A stretch of 64,000 nt of DNA. Source: the human T2T-CHM13v2.0 reference genome, Homo sapiens. The notes under the pieces are model-generated. The model was given only the letters and a program-made list of their open reading frames with translations. It was not told where the DNA came from and made no database searches. The position numbers were made by a program, and so were the translations under genes. This document shows positions 1 to 15,940 of this stretch, piece by piece (the stretch's first letter is position 1; each line of letters starts with the position of its first letter). The stretch is taken from NCBI RefSeq assembly GCF_009914755.1, contig NC_060937.1. One strand, written 5' to 3'.

Positions 1-114
1 GAAAGCCAACCCAACATGAAAAATATTCTCCACTGTCCTTCCTCTTTTAAGTTGCTCAGTCTGGATCCAAAGTTCTGGGTAGCCCTATCTGGTTGGTTTA
101 ATATAGATTGTTAC

Positions 115-810
<696 letters not shown>

Positions 811-1019
811 TGCAAACCCTTTTCTTATAGCTGGAAAATTATATACTACATGACTCTTGATGGAAGGCTGCCACTTACCACCGCTGGCAGCTGGAGTATA
901 GACCATGACCTAGGCCAGGTGTACCAGGTGTATCTACTGGGACATAACAAATCTCCTGAAAATGTATTGGCTTTAAACAACAATCTTTATTTGCTCACAT
1001 AACTTCATAATCTGGAGTC

Positions 1020-2500
<1,481 letters not shown>

Positions 2501-2569
2501 AGAAAAGGGATGAAATATCTTTATATTAGAAGCAGGTTTATCAATTATATTTTACTTCTTATAGGATAA

Positions 2570-3005
2570 GTCCCTGGTCATAGCATGTGGGCCCTTCATG
2601 ATCTGAGACTCTCCCACCTGCCCAGCCTTCAGAGGTTGTATATTTTTACTGGCAACTTAGTCACATGTAACCTGAGTTCCAGATTTACTGTTAGCATTTG
2701 TCTGAATAAGTCATGTTCATTCTTAGCTTGTTTTTTATTCTTCTACCCCTTTATTAGTCCATCTGTCTAAAAATGCTTTTGAGATCAACTCATACATTAT
2801 CTATTTACTGAAAATCGATAGGTAGTCTCTCTTCTATGTGCTCACAGAAGACAACCGGGTAACAACCTAACAATTTTGAAATGATCAGTTCCCTTGTATG
2901 TTTCCCCAAATGGGCTGTGATATCCTCTAGGGCAGTGGTGTAATCATTTTTATATTTCCAATGCCTGGCATATGGTTTTAATGTTTGTCAAATAAATGAA
3001 TAAAT
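2570..3005 (+). mobile_element. L2 3' fragment
   Basis: GGCCCTTCATGATCTG ... CCAATGCCTGGCATATG ... AAATAAATGAATAAAT, the typical L2 3' terminus. Confidence 0.5.
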
Positions 3006-3494
3006 TAATTAAATCTTTTAAAGTTAATCCTGATCATCCCCCTTTAGAAATAAATTTCTGCTGTGGTATGGAGTGTGATGATCATCTATCAAGTTAACAA
3101 AGATTATCAGGAATTTCTGTAGCATTACAGAATTTGAGAATCAGCTCAACAATAAAAACAGCACCTAAAGCTATGATAGATTACTATGTGTCAGGCACTG
3201 GACTAAGCAGTTCGAATTCATTGTTTCTTGCATCATTTAAGTTAGAAGTGGCTTGGGCCAATTTTCAACTACTTACACAATGTTTTAATTTGTGAGTAAA
3301 AACTTTAGCAAAGCTATTTAATTCTACTGTGGCATTATAACATAATTTTTTAGATGAAGTACGATTATCAAATCTTGGAATTACAGAACCTTATTCTCTA
3401 ATTTTGTATAAATTTAATGATCATTGGTTTTAATTGACTGAAAGCTGACAAAATCGTATATTAACACATCAAATCTCCACCATCTATTACAGTG

Positions 3495-3585
3495 CCTATT
3501 CCTATATCTCCAGAACCTATTACAGCACCTAGCACATAGTTGGGGCTCAATAAGTATCTGTTGAATGAGTGAAAGAACGAATGAC
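3495..3585 (+). mobile_element. L2 3' end
   Basis: CAGCACCTAGCACATAGTTGGGGCTCAATAAGTATCTGTTGAATGAGTGAA. Confidence 0.65.
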
Positions 3586-6500
3586 ATGAAATGCAGCCTC
3601 TATGTAGCTTAGAGTGCGGGGTTCAAAACATGCTATATAATTATAGGGCTAAAGTGGTTGGGGAAGGCCCATGGAGGAGACTGGACTTGAGATGATGTTT
3701 AAGGACCTTGGCATTGGAGAGGTGAAGGAAGAGGGGAAAGACTTATCCTCAGGCCCCTGAAGGCTGATCTAATCTGTACACAGACCATCCTTCATCCCCA
3801 AATATCTCATTTGCTGATATGACAGAAGGCTTAAATTTCTGCCTACATCAATTCTTTCACTTAAGGAATTGTGTCTTCAAATTCCACGTAAATTCTTTGA
3901 GAGTGTGACTAATTTGCACATTAAAAGTTATTGCCTGATTAGCACAGATGGTACCTTCTAACCGAAGCAGGCAGCTTCAAACTGGTCTGCAGTACTCTGA
4001 CTTGAGATGGGAAAGGTGAAAATTTCTGTGAAGAGTCAGAGCTGGAGAGGCCTTTTAGAGTTTTCCTGATGAGCCTTCACTTTAGTGAACACAGTGGGGT
4101 TGCCAAGAAGGCCCAGGAAAGTACAGGAGATTTGGGATAGCAAAGATTGGTACTTTCCTGCAAAGAACTATTTCTCTTACCCATAGGTCTTCTTTTAAGA
4201 AAACATACTAGCTATTTATTCCTTTAATAGAAGTGCAGATGATTAACTTTTGGGGATTATTTTGGAAATGAAAAATTTTGAGGGGTCATTTATTTCAGAT
4301 AATGGGCAGTTCTTATATTTCTAGAAATATAGTTCCTTTAGAAAGATATTTATTACTAGGTAATAAAACAAAACAAATATCTCAAGCTGATTGGCATGGA
4401 AATATCTTAAATGAGCCTCTTTCTTTAAAATGTAGCTGATGGAATAGATTCCATGATTAATTCATCTCTGTTTCCCCATGTTTAGTCCAGTACATGACAT
4501 ATAAGCCTCAAAAATATTTATAAATGTGGAAAAAGAATTGTATCCATGGTGAGAGTCTCTAGAATCATGAATATCTCATTTTGGAAATTTGAATAATTTA
4601 CTGTGTTTGTGAGTGACATGGCCTCCTAAAGCATGTCTTGAGTTTGCTCCTAATGTGGAAGCATACGGAAAAGACTGCAGAGCCATCTGGCAGAAATAGG
4701 AGACACTGGAAATATAATGGAAAACTTTAGGGAAGTCTAAAACAGGAAATTTATCAATCAGGTGATAATCTCAATAAGCAAACAAGCAAAATGCAAAAGC
4801 CCACATATATTTAGGGGATGGTGTTGTTTTAAATGTTATCTTAGTGTCCCATTGGTCTGAGGTTTTTCCTCTTGGTGGCTTGTCTTTCCATGATATCAAT
4901 AACTTTTAACATTTGAGGTAAGAAATGACAACCCACATCATTTGAGTGATTCACTGAGCATGATTATTATATAGGCTGCCATTATTTTTAAAATTGTGTA
5001 AAAAGCGTGGTAATCCGTCACTGTTCTAGGAACAAAATGATCATGTGCTGTTTCCATTAAATGTGCCTGTATCTGGCCATCAGCCTAGGGAGGACAAGCA
5101 CTGCACTTGACTTTCTGAGGTATATGAAGGTAGAATGTAGGGGGAGAGTCTAGCAACAGGCAGCCCTTTTCTAAATTATTTCTTTCAACTTATTATTAGA
5201 TTTTATTTAACTTCTAGAAGCAGGTATGTTGATCTAGAGAGACAGAAAGAGTATATACCCTTGCACATCTGAAAATGAGTAGTTTTGAGGAAATAAAGAA
5301 AAAAGAAGTAATTAAGAAAGCACCAAGCTGTTGAAAAAACCGGGAGGCAGACACTGTCATAAAGGATTTGAAATGCTGCAGCAGTTTTTTTTTTTTAATA
5401 GCTCTCTTCATTCTGAAAGGTCACGGCAATAAGGGAGATGAAGGGTTATCCTTTATGATCTCCAGTAATTTAAGATACTGTAAACAAATAAATCCTGGGG
5501 ATGAGAAATGTTTATTAGCCTTAGGAGACTTAGCAATAATTTAGTTAATATATTGATACACCAGGTGGTTGAAATTAGAAGACAAAGATCAGTCCTCAGG
5601 AAGCATTGATATCTTCTCAGAACACTAAGCCTATCACACTTATTATAATAGTACATGACATCTTTTTCAAAAATAAGAGGTACTGTCTTTGAAATGCAGA
5701 TGCTTACCAAACATAGAAAATGAGAATGAAGATGATACCTGGACACAGAAGCAGGAATTTCAGGAGCCTAGAGAAGAAGATGGCAATATAAAAAGAGATA
5801 CAGACATGTGGAAATTCTTACCATGCGAGCCCTTTTCATGCATACTTTTGACTTGAGCTATAATTACTAATCATAAGTGAAAGGATACACTCTCTTTGTT
5901 CTTAAGTAAAATTATTATATACATAGAAGTTCTGCTTCCTTCCAGATCTGCCTTGGAGATGTATTCCTTAGTCTCTGTGGGAACTCTTAATGGACATTGG
6001 AAAAACTCTTAGCATGCTGATATTCAATGAGAAACATTTTCTCCTTCACTCCAAAAAAAAAGAAAAAGCAAAAGGAAATGATTTTAAATTAGAAAAGAAC
6101 CCAGAGAGAGCAACAGGGTCATGACTATGCTAGAATTGGGAATCAAGATGGGGCAAGGCTCAATCCAGACCACCCAAAGATCCGAATGTTCCAAATTGCT
6201 CCAACACATTGAAATCCCCACATATGCTAAGGTTCTGACTTTTGTGTATCCATTGTATATGGGTCTTCTGGAGGGTCGTGTCAAGTAGAAATGTCCAAAT
6301 TTAAGAACTGTTTTAAGAAAGAAAGAAAAAATATTGTTCTTACTACTTGATTCTAGAGGGAAGTTATAATAGGCTTATTTTGAATGAATAAGTAATAGAT
6401 GATGTCTGCGGCAACTATTCGAATTGTGAATTCTTAGTAAACCAGATCTCTAGTCCTTTTTTAAAAAATGTAATAATACAACAACATTTAATTTCACGTA

Positions 6501-6749
6501 CTTTTATAAACTTTTAAGCTCAGGGTTACATGTACAGGTTTGTTATATCGGTAAACTTGTGTCACAGGAATTTGTTGTAGAGATTATTTTATCATACAGG
6601 CATTAAGCCTAGTACCTGTTATTTTTACTGATCCTCTCCCTCCTCTCACCATCTGTTCTCTGACAAGCACTGGTATGTGTTGTTCTCTTCTATGTGTCCA
6701 TGTGTTCTCATCATTTAGCTCCCACTTATAAGTAAGAACATACAGTATT

Positions 6750-9700
6750 TGGTTTTCTGTTCCTGCATTAGTTTGCTAAGGATAATGACCTCCAGCTCTA
6801 TCCATGTTCTTGTAAAGGATATCATCTTGTTCTTTTTTATGGCTGCATAGTATTCCATGGTGTATATGTACCATATTTTATTTATCTAACCCACCATTGA
6901 TAGGCATTTAGGTTCATTCCATGTCTTTTCTATTGTGAATAGTGCCACAATGAATATATGGGTGCATGTGTCTTTATGGTAGAATGATTTATTTTCTTTT
7001 GGGTATATAACCAGTAATGGGATTGCTGGGTTGAATGGTATTTCTGTTTAAAGGTCTTTGAGGAATCACCACACTGTTTTCCCCAATAGTTGAACTAATT
7101 TACACTCCCTCTAGCAGTGTATAAGTGTTCTATTTTCTTCACAACTTCACCAGCATCTTTTACTTTTTGACTTTTTAATGATAGCCATTCTGACTGGTGT
7201 GAGATGGCATCTCATTATGGTTTTGATTTGCATTTCTCTAATGATCAGTGATGTGGAGTTTTTTTCATATGTTTGCTGGCTGCATGTATGTCTCCTTTTG
7301 AGAAGTGCCTGTTCATGTCCCTTGCCCACATTTTTAATGGGGTTGTGTTTTTCTAGTAAATTTGTTTAAGTTCCTTATAGATGCTGGATATTAGACCTTT
7401 GGTGGATGCATAGTTTGCAAAAATTTTCTCCCATTCTGTAGGTTGTCTCTTTACTCTGTTGATAATTTTGTGTGTGTGTGTGTGTGTGTGCAGAGCTCTT
7501 TAGTTTGATTAGATCCCATTTGTCATTTTTTGTTTTTGTTGCAATTGCTTTTGGTATCTTTGTCATGAAGTCTTTTCCCATTCCTATGTCCAGAATGATA
7601 TTGACTAGGCTGCCTTTCAGGTTTATTATAGTTTTGTGTTTCACATTTAAGTCTTTAATCCATCTTGAGTTAAATTTTGTGTATGGTGTAAGGAAGGGGT
7701 CCAGTTTTAGTTTTCTGCATATGGCTGGCCAGTTGTCCCAGCACCATTTATTGAATAGGGCATTCTTTCCTCATTGCTTGTTTTTGTCAGCTGTGTCAAA
7801 TATCTGATAGTTGTAGGCATGCAGCCTTATTTCTGGGCTCTCTATTCTGTTCCATTGGTCTGTGTGTATGCTTTTATACCAGTAGTATGTTATTTTGGTT
7901 ACTGTGGCCCTGTAGTATAGTTTAAAGTCGAATAGCGTGATGCTGCCAGCTTTGTTCTTTTTGCTTAGCATTGCCTTGACTATTCAGGCTCTCTTTGGTT
8001 TCATATGAATTTTAAAATATATTTTTCCAGTTCTGTGAAAAATGTCATGGTAGTTTAATAGGAATAGCATTGAATCTATAAATTGCTTTGGACGGTTGGC
8101 CATTTTAATGATATTGATCCTTCTTTCTTATGCATGAGCATGGAATGTTTTTCCATTTGTTTGTGTCATCTCTGATTTCTTTGAACAGTGGTTTGTAATT
8201 TTCCTTTTAGAGATCTTTCACCTCCCTGGTTAGCTGTATTCCTAGGTATTTTATTCTTTTTGTGGCAATTGTGAATGGGATTGCATTTCTGATTTCGCTA
8301 TCAGCTTGGCTGTTGTTGGTCTATAGGAATGCTAGTGATTTTTGTACATGGAGTTTGTACCCTGAGACTTTGCCGAAGTTATCAGCTGAAGGAGATTTTC
8401 GGCCAAGACTGTGGGATTTTCTAGATTATAGGATCATGTAATCTGCAAACAGAAATAGTTTGACTTCCTCTCTTCCTATTTGGGGCGGCTTTATTTCTTT
8501 CTCTTGCCTGACTGCCCTGGCCAGAACTTCCAATACTATGTTGAATAGGAGTGGTGAGAGAGGACATTCTTGTCTTGTGCCAGTTTTCAAGGGGAATGCT
8601 TCTAGCTTTTGTCCATTTAGATGATGTTGGCTGTGGGTTTGTCATAGATAGCTTTTATTACTTTAAGGTATGTTCCTTCAATAGTTTATTGAGAGTTTTT
8701 AACATGAAGATGTGTTGAATTTTATTGAAAGCTCTTTCTGCATCTATTGAGATAATCATGTGATTTTTGTCTTTGGGTCTGTTTATGTGACGAATCACAT
8801 TGATTGATTTTTATATGTTGAACCAACCTTGCATTCTAGGGGTAAAGCCTGCTTTACTGTAGTGGATAAGCTTTTTGATGTGCTGTGGAAATAGGTTTGC
8901 CAGTATTCTGTTGAGAATTTTTGCATTGATGTTCAGATGTTGGCCTGAAGTTTTCTCTTTTGGTTGTGTCTCTGTAGGCTTTGGAATCATGATGATGCTG
9001 GCCTCATAGAATGAGGTATGGAGGAGTCCCTCCTCCTCAATTTTTTGGAATAGTTTCTGCAGGAATGGTACAAGCTCTTTGCTTATCTGGTAGAATTTGG
9101 CTGTGAATCCATCTGGTCGTGGGCTTTTCTGGTTGGTAGGTTATTTATTACTGATTCAATTTTGGAGCCTGTTATTGGTCTCTTCAGGGATTCAATTTCC
9201 TCATGGTTCAGTCTTGGGAGGGTGTATGTGTCCAGGAATTTATTCATTTCTTTAGATTTTCTAGTTTATGTTCATAGAGGTGTTCATAATATTCTCTGGT
9301 TATTTGTATTTCTGTGGGGTAAATGGTAATATCTCATTAGTGTTTATTTGCTTCTTCTTTCTTTTCTTCTTTATTAGTCTAGCTAGCAGCCTATCTATTT
9401 TATTAATATTTTTCAAAAAACCAACTGCTGGACTCTGATTTTTTGAGTGATTTTTCATGTTTCAGTCTCCTTCAGTTCAGCTCTGATTTTGTTTTTTTCA
9501 TGTCTTCTTCTAGCTTTGGGATTGGTTTTATCTTGTTTCTCTAGTTCTTTTAGTTGTGATGTTAGGTTGTTAAATTGAGATCTTTGTAGCTTTTTATGTG
9601 GGCAGTTAGTGCTATAAATTTCCCTAACACTGTCTTAGCCATGTTCCAGAGATCCTTGTATGTTTTATCTTTGTTCTCATAATTGTCAAAGAACTTATTG

Positions 9701-10490
9701 ATTTCTGCCTTAATTTCACTTCTTACCCAAAAGTCATTCAGAAGCAGGTTATTCAATTTCCATGTAATTGTATGATTTTGAGTGATTTTCTTCATCTTGA
9801 ACTCTAATTTTATTGCACTGTGGTCTGATAGAGTGGTTATTTTTTCAGTTCTTCTGCATTTGCTCAAGAATGTTTTTGTCAGATTATGTGATTGATTTTA
9901 GCATGTGTGCCATATGGTGATGAGAAGAATGTATATTCCTTTGCTTTTGGGTGGAGATTTTTAGGTGGAGAGTTCTGTAGATGTCTATTAGGTCCATTTG
10001 ATCCACTGCTGAGTTCAGGTCCTGAATATCTTTGTTAATTTTTTGTCTCAATGATCTGTCTAGTATTTTCAGTGTGGTATTAAAGTCTCTCACTGTCATT
10101 GTTGTGGGAGTATAAGTGTCTTTGGAGGTCTCTAAGAACTTTATCAATCTGGGTGCTCCTGTGTTGGGTGCATCTATATTTAGAATAGGTAGGTCTTGTT
10201 GAATTGAACCCTTTACCATTATGTAATGCCCTTCCTTGTCTTTTTTGATCTTTGTTGGTTTAAAGTCTGTTTTGTCTGAAACTAGAATTGCAATCCCTGT
10301 TTTTTTTTCTATTTTTTCTTTTGCTTGGGAGATTTTTTTTTCATGCCTTTATTTTGGGCCTATTCATGTCACTGCATGTGAATGGGTCTTGGTTCTCTAT
10401 CTAGCTTGCCACTCTGTGCCTATTAATTGGGACATTTAGCTTATTTACATTCAAGGTTAGTGTTGACATGTGTGGATTTGATCCTGTCAT
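6750..10490 (-). pseudogene. Disrupted L1 ORF2 (endonuclease/reverse transcriptase) remnant
   Basis: Fragments [49 protein letters not shown] and REMQIKT broken by many stops and frameshifts; start ATGACAGGATCAAAT at 10490. Confidence 0.85.
7469..7490. repeat. (TG)11 microsatellite inside L1 ORF2
   Basis: Direct read of TG dinucleotide run. Confidence 0.95.
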
Positions 10491-10559
10491 CATGATGTTA
10501 GCTGGTTATTATGCAGAGTTGTTTGTGTGGTTGCTTTATAGTGTCACTGGCTTATATAC

Positions 10560-11550
10560 TTAAGTGTGTTTTTGTGGTGGCTGGTAATGGTCTTTCTTTT
10601 CCATTTTTAGTACTTCCTTCAGGAACTCTTGTAAGGCAAGTCTGGTGGTAATGAATTCCCTCAGCATTTGCTTGCCTAAAAAGGATCTTATTTCTCCCTT
10701 GCTTATGAAGCTTAGTTTGGCAAGATATGAAATGCTGGGTTGGAATTTATTTTCTTTAAGAATGTTGAATATTGGTCCCCAATATCTTCTACCATGTAGG
10801 GTTTCTGCTGAGAAGGCTGCTGTTAGCCTGATTGGCTCCCCTTTGTAGGTGATCTGACCTTTCTGTCTAGCTGCCTTTAAGATTTTTTCTTTTATTTCAA
10901 CCTTGGAGAATCTGATGATTATGTGTCTTGGGGATGACCTTCTTGTGAATTGTCTTACTGTGGTTCTCTGTGTGTCCTGAATTTGGATGTTGACCTCTCT
11001 AGCTAGGTTGGGGAAGTTCTCATTGATGATATCCTGAAATACGTTTTCCAAGTTGCTAACACTCTCTTCATCTCTTTCAGGGACACCAATGGGTTGTAGA
11101 TTTGGTCTTTTTACATAATCCTATATTTCTCGAGGTTTTGTTTATTCCTTTTTCATTATTTTTCTTCGTTCTTATCTATCTTATTTCAGAAAGCCAGTTT
11201 TTCAGCTCTGAGATTATTTTCTCTGCTTGGTCTATTCTGCTATGAATGATTGCATTATGAGATTCTTACAGTGTATTTTCCAATTCTATCAGGTCAATTA
11301 TGTTCTTTTTCTATACTGGCTATTTTGTCTGTCAGTTCCTGCATCATTTTATTGTGCTTCTTAGCTTCCTTGGATTGGATTTCAACATGCTCCTGCATGT
11401 CAATAATCTTTGTTTCTGTCTGTATTCTGAATTCTATTTCTGTCATTTTGGCCGTCTCAACTTGGTTTAGAATGCTTGCTGGAGAGGTGGAGCTCGGAGG
11501 AAAGAAGGCGCTCTGGCTTTTTGAGTTGTCAGAGTTCTTGGATTTTTTTT
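10560..11550 (-). pseudogene. Disrupted L1 ORF1 remnant
   Basis: 163-codon open stretch QDIINENFPNLAREVNIQIQ...PRHIIIRF...FQPSISYLAKLSF matches the L1 ORF1p RRM/CTD; N-terminal part broken. Confidence 0.85.
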
Positions 11551-13629
11551 TTTTTTAATCTTTGTGGGCTAATGTTTCTTCAATCTTTGTTGCTAACCTT
11601 TTGATTTTTTTTTTCTTTTATCCTATTTGGTGACATTGAGGGTTTGATTGTGGTATAAGGTGGATTCTGCCAACTGGCTTCATTTCCAGAAGATTTTAGA
11701 GTGTCAATGTTCAGCTCACAACTCCTGGACTGAGTGCTCTAACTATGGAGGACTTGTAACAGGCTCTGACTTTGTTCTCTGGCTCCCTGAGGTTAGAAAT
11801 ACACTGTACTGTTGGTGCCAAGGTACTCCCAGACTGTTGGTCACTATACTCTGATGGGTAGTGTCAGCCAAAGCATTTCGTAATGCAGTGATGGCAGGTC
11901 TGTCCTGGTTTAAATGTGCCAATAGCAGTGGCAGTGGCAGCAGCAACACAATGGGGTGCATGCTCGTTGGCTAGGGCAAAATGCTAGTTGGTGGTGGGGT
12001 GTCTGCATTTGTGCTGGTGTTTACCAAATGGAACATGGCGTGGCAGGGAAGTGGGGTGGGTTCAGGGCCCCTGCTGGCAACTGTGCACCCAGTCTTGCTG
12101 TTGGTGGTGTTGGTACAGAGTTGGGGAGCTGGCGGGTTCAGGTCTGTGTGCGCTTTCTGTGTCCCGCAGGTGGGGTGATTGCTCAGAGTAGGGGAGGGTC
12201 CACTATTCTCTGTGCCTAATTTTACTCCCCTGGTAGTGTTTGTGCAAGGACAGCTGCTGCTGGGGGCAAGACTGACAGGCTCTGTACCCAAGGCTTCAAC
12301 TGCAATGGCAGTTGGCACAGAGAAGGGGACAGATTGCACTCCTGCTACTGTGCAGGCATGGCAAAGTGCACTCACACTTGCCTACTGGAGGGGCAAGGAA
12401 GGCAAAAGCTGCTGGTGTACATGCATTCTGGCAGAGGGATGTGGGGATGTTGCTGTGGGCTGGAGGAAGTTGCAGTGTGGAGAGGGAGCAGGCAGGCTGG
12501 TGTGTGGATGTGGTGGCTGCCCCCACTGGAGCTCTTCACCAGTTAGGCATGGTCTGCCAGCACAGTAGCTATGATGCAGGTCCCCAGGGCACCTGAGGCG
12601 GTCCTACAGGCAGGCATGGCCAGGCTGAGGCCCTAGAAAAGGCCATCAGACCAAGGGGTGCTCAAGTCAGACCAGCCAGGTCTGATGGGCAAGACTGCGG
12701 AATTTATGTCTGACAGTTCCCATAGGGCTAAAGTCTCCTATGGGTGCAAGTCGAGCCCAGGGAGATGACTGTTCCTGGCTATGCTTCACTATAGATTCCC
12801 CCACACCAAACCCTCTGGGCTCCATATCAGCTGGCTTGCTGCCCCTATCACTTCTCTAAGCAGCTCTCCCTGCCAAGTCAAGTGTCCATGGTGATCGAGC
12901 GGTCTCCTCCTGCTGTAGTTCCAGAGGCCTGTGGCAAGAGCGGGTTTCTCCTTGCTAGTTCAACTCACCACTTACCCCAGAGTCTTTGGGGGCTAAGAAC
13001 GAGTCCTGGTGCACAGCAGCCCTGTGCATGATTCCCAGCTTCTTCCCCTTCACCTCAGCTTCTGCGTGTTCACTCCGTGCACTCTCCATGCCTTCCCTCT
13101 GAAAATCTATTAGGAGTATGCCAGTCCTCTTGGTACCCTGGTGGCAGCTGTTCCACCTGGCTGCATTTAGTTGGCCATTTAGCCCTCTCTCATGTCTTCT
13201 AATTGCTCAGAGTTGTTATGCATCACTTGTTCTCTCCACGCTTAAAAATATCCGCTTGAAAAGATAAGCTCCACGAAGTGAGCAACTGAGCAAGCCTGCT
13301 GCCTCTCTACTCAAGGATGCACTTACACCAGTCTCAGAAAAGCTCCGCTAGTCTTAACTGTGGAATAAAGTGCTCAAAGGTATTGTTTTCCATCTGTATA
13401 TCTAGACCTTAAGTCTTGAAAACATTGGATTCAGAAAACCAACACTGGCATTTCTGTATTGTGACCCTAGAAATGTGATTTCAATGGTAATCAACGAGGG
13501 GAAAATGAGGAAAGAGAGAACCTACTGGCTTCTTACACAAAATTATTTTGTTTAGACTTGAATAATTTGAATAATTATTTAACTCAGTGCTTCAATTTTC
13601 TCACCAGTGAAACAAGAATGGTGGTAGGC

Positions 13630-13815
13630 CAATGGTTCCTGAACTGTGGAGGCTGTCAGAACCACCTGGAGAGCTTGTTAAAACACAGATTGATAGGTCT
13701 CACTCCTTAGTTTCTGACTCAGAAGGTTTGAAGAGGCCCAAGAAGTTGAATTTCTACCAGGTTCCCAGGCCATGCTGATGCTGGTAATATGGAGAGCACT
13801 CTTTGAGACCACGGG
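13630..13815. mobile_element. MER5A (hAT-Charlie MITE)
   Basis: CAGAACCACCTGGAGAGCTTGTTAAAACACAGATTG ... CCAGGTTCCCAGGCCATGCTGATGCTG ... CTTTGAGACCAC. Confidence 0.85.
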
Positions 13816-14569
13816 GATAGAGCATGTTTATAGTTTCCTTCACGCTTGCACACTAGAAGCACAACAAGGAAAAATAAGCTCTGTAGTTTTCCTGCTAAAA
13901 AAAGAAATTTTGCAAAAGCCATTTATCCACCTGGAGGATATTTATGTGCAGGGCATTTCTGAGTAGCGTTTAAGGCTGTCATCTAATGGCAGTTATTGTG
14001 TCTGTTTATATATGTCACAGATGCATAAATTTGAGATGAATTTTAGAAGGTTTGTCTATGTGCAAGTCATTTAGAAGATATATTCACCTGAATGGAATTG
14101 TGGGGAAGTAATCAGTAGGATTTAATCCCCTATTAAAGTAGCAGATTTTTTTTTTGAAAGACAAAATAGTGTTATTGCTAATAATAGTTTATATATATCC
14201 GAAGTAAGTATTTAATCTGAATATCTAAAAAGTTTTATGAAAATGAACTCAGTATTTTACACAATATTTCTATGAGATTGGTTAGGTAGCAAATACTATG
14301 CACATTTTTTTTCATGGGAATACTTAGAATACTGAAAGACTTGTTTTAGATAACACTATAATCAAAGGTATAAGTGCAGTCTATCTTGCTGCCTGCCACC
14401 TCCTATAGGTCTTTCCAATTTATCAAAGAAATATGTGGCTTGGATGGCCCATGTTTGGGAAACTTTTATTTTTTCACTTTTATAATGCAATATTCATGAA
14501 GTCATTTCTATTATATATAAACTATAGATTATGCTTTTTATTTTTTAGCTTATCTGGGGCTTCTAGTAT

Positions 14570-14790
14570 AACTTTGAGAACTTGGACTCAAGACAGATCT
14601 AGGTTCTAGTTCCAGTTTCTTCCTAATTATTAGCTATGGTGCTTTTCTGTGCATTGATTTATTACCTGGGAAATAGGACTTGTGATAATCTACCTCTGTG
14701 ACAATTAAATGAGGTCATACTGATTATATCTGGCACATAAAATGATTATATCTGGCACATTAATGTTACATGTTAGCTATGATAATGTTT
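14570..14790 (+). mobile_element. MIR with an internal 18-bp tandem duplication
   Basis: AGACAGATCTAGGTTCTAGTTCCAG ... ATTAAATGAGGTCATA; TGATTATATCTGGCACAT occurs at 14721 and 14743. Confidence 0.6.
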
Positions 14791-15019
14791 TCTCTCCTGT
14801 TGAGGAACTTTACATACTCTTTCTCTTTTACAAGACATGTAAAGTCATCATTTTAATGCTTATTTAAGAAAAAAATACAAAATTATCAAGCATAATTTCT
14901 TCCTTAACTCTGTATCAAAATTTGGAGTATAGGTCAGCTTCGATCTCCAGTTAGAAATAATTAGATATATTCCATCATGGCATCAGACATTCCATCTTTT
15001 CTCCTTGCCTTCCTTTATC

Positions 15020-15940
15020 CACTCAGTTAATAAAAATCTCTATTATCTTCCATTTGCTATGTCCTGATGACACAGACCTCAAGGAACTCACTTTCTAGTA
15101 GGGAGAGGTAAGTAGAAAAACAAGTAATTTGCATTAATCCGTTTTCACACTGCTATAAAAATGCTATCTGAGACTGGGTAATTTCATAAAACAAAAGAGG
15201 TTTAATTGACTCATAGTTCTGCGTGGCTGGGGAGGCCTCAGGAAAACATTATCATGGTGGAAGGCAAGGGGATGCAGGCACCTCTTACATGATGGCAGGT
15301 GAGAGAGAAGTGCAGGGGAAACCACCACTTAACACCATCAGATCCCCTGAGAACTCACTCACTATCATGAGAATAGCATGGGGGAAACTGCCTTCATGGT
15401 CCAATCACTTCCTACCAGGCCCCTCCCTCAACACATGGGGATTACAGTTCAAGATGAGATTTCGGTGGGGACACAGAGCCAAACTGTTTCATAATGAAAA
15501 CATTGTTTCTTAAGTACTATGACAGAACAAAATTCTGGGACTCCAGAGGAGGGAATAACACATTCTGGCTGAGGATCAGGAAATGCTTCAGGGGAAAGAT
15601 GGCATTCTCACAAAGTTTTAGAAGGTGTTTACAAGGTGAACAAAGTAAAGCTAGGGAAAGAACGATTTATGAAATAATAAATGTTTTACAAGCTATTGAA
15701 AATATGGGAGAGTTCATAGTGTTAAAAAACTGTGAGTCAGTGTGTGGATAGGGAAAGAGGTTGGAGGGGAAGGAGGACAGAGGTGAGATGATTCTAGACA
15801 CTCAGAGACCAAAATGTGAAGGTGCACATGTGCCTGTCATGCAGAAAAATTCAGACTTTGTCTTGAGGGTGCTGGGGAAGGTATTGAAGAGTTTTAAAAA
15901 AGGTACTGATATGATTTGATGCGTGTTTTACAAAGATGTG
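15020..15940 (-). mobile_element. L2 fragment split by a THE1/MST LTR
   Basis: CCTCAAGGAACTCACTTTCTAGTAGGGAGA before the LTR and GGGGAAGGTATTGAAGAGTTTTAA ... GATATGATTTGATGCGTGTTTTA after it. Confidence 0.55.
15130..15491 (-). mobile_element. Solo MaLR LTR, THE1D/MSTA-type
   Basis: TGCATTAATCCGTTTTCACACTGCTATAAA ... GAGATTTCGGTGGGGACACAGAGCCAAACTGTTTCA; 5-bp flanks TAATT/TAATG. Confidence 0.9.

Larger units (their letters stand above)
6500..13190 (-). mobile_element. Full-length (~6.7 kb) decayed primate L1, L1PA13-L1PA15-like
   Basis: 3'UTR text CAGGGTTACATGTACAGGTTTGTTATATCGGTAAACTTGTG at ~6520; ORF2 and ORF1 peptide fragments in the ORF track (7147-7971, 9562-10219, 10560-11051); GC-richer ~1.6-kb 5'UTR whose minus strand begins AGAGAGGGCTAAATGGCCAACTAAATGCAGCCAGG. 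Confidence 0.93.

Noticed and set aside
4314-4331. 18-bp perfect palindrome TATATTTCTAGAAATATA
   Set aside because: An AT-rich 9-bp-arm palindrome is roughly expected by chance in 64 kb of this composition; no supporting context.
6084-6290. Short region open on both strands (about 55-66 codons)
   Set aside because: No recognisable protein similarity and no convincing splice sites.
11648-12596. Dense cluster of overlapping ORFs on both strands
   Set aside because: Lies in the GC-rich 5'UTR of the old L1; low stop-codon density explains it.
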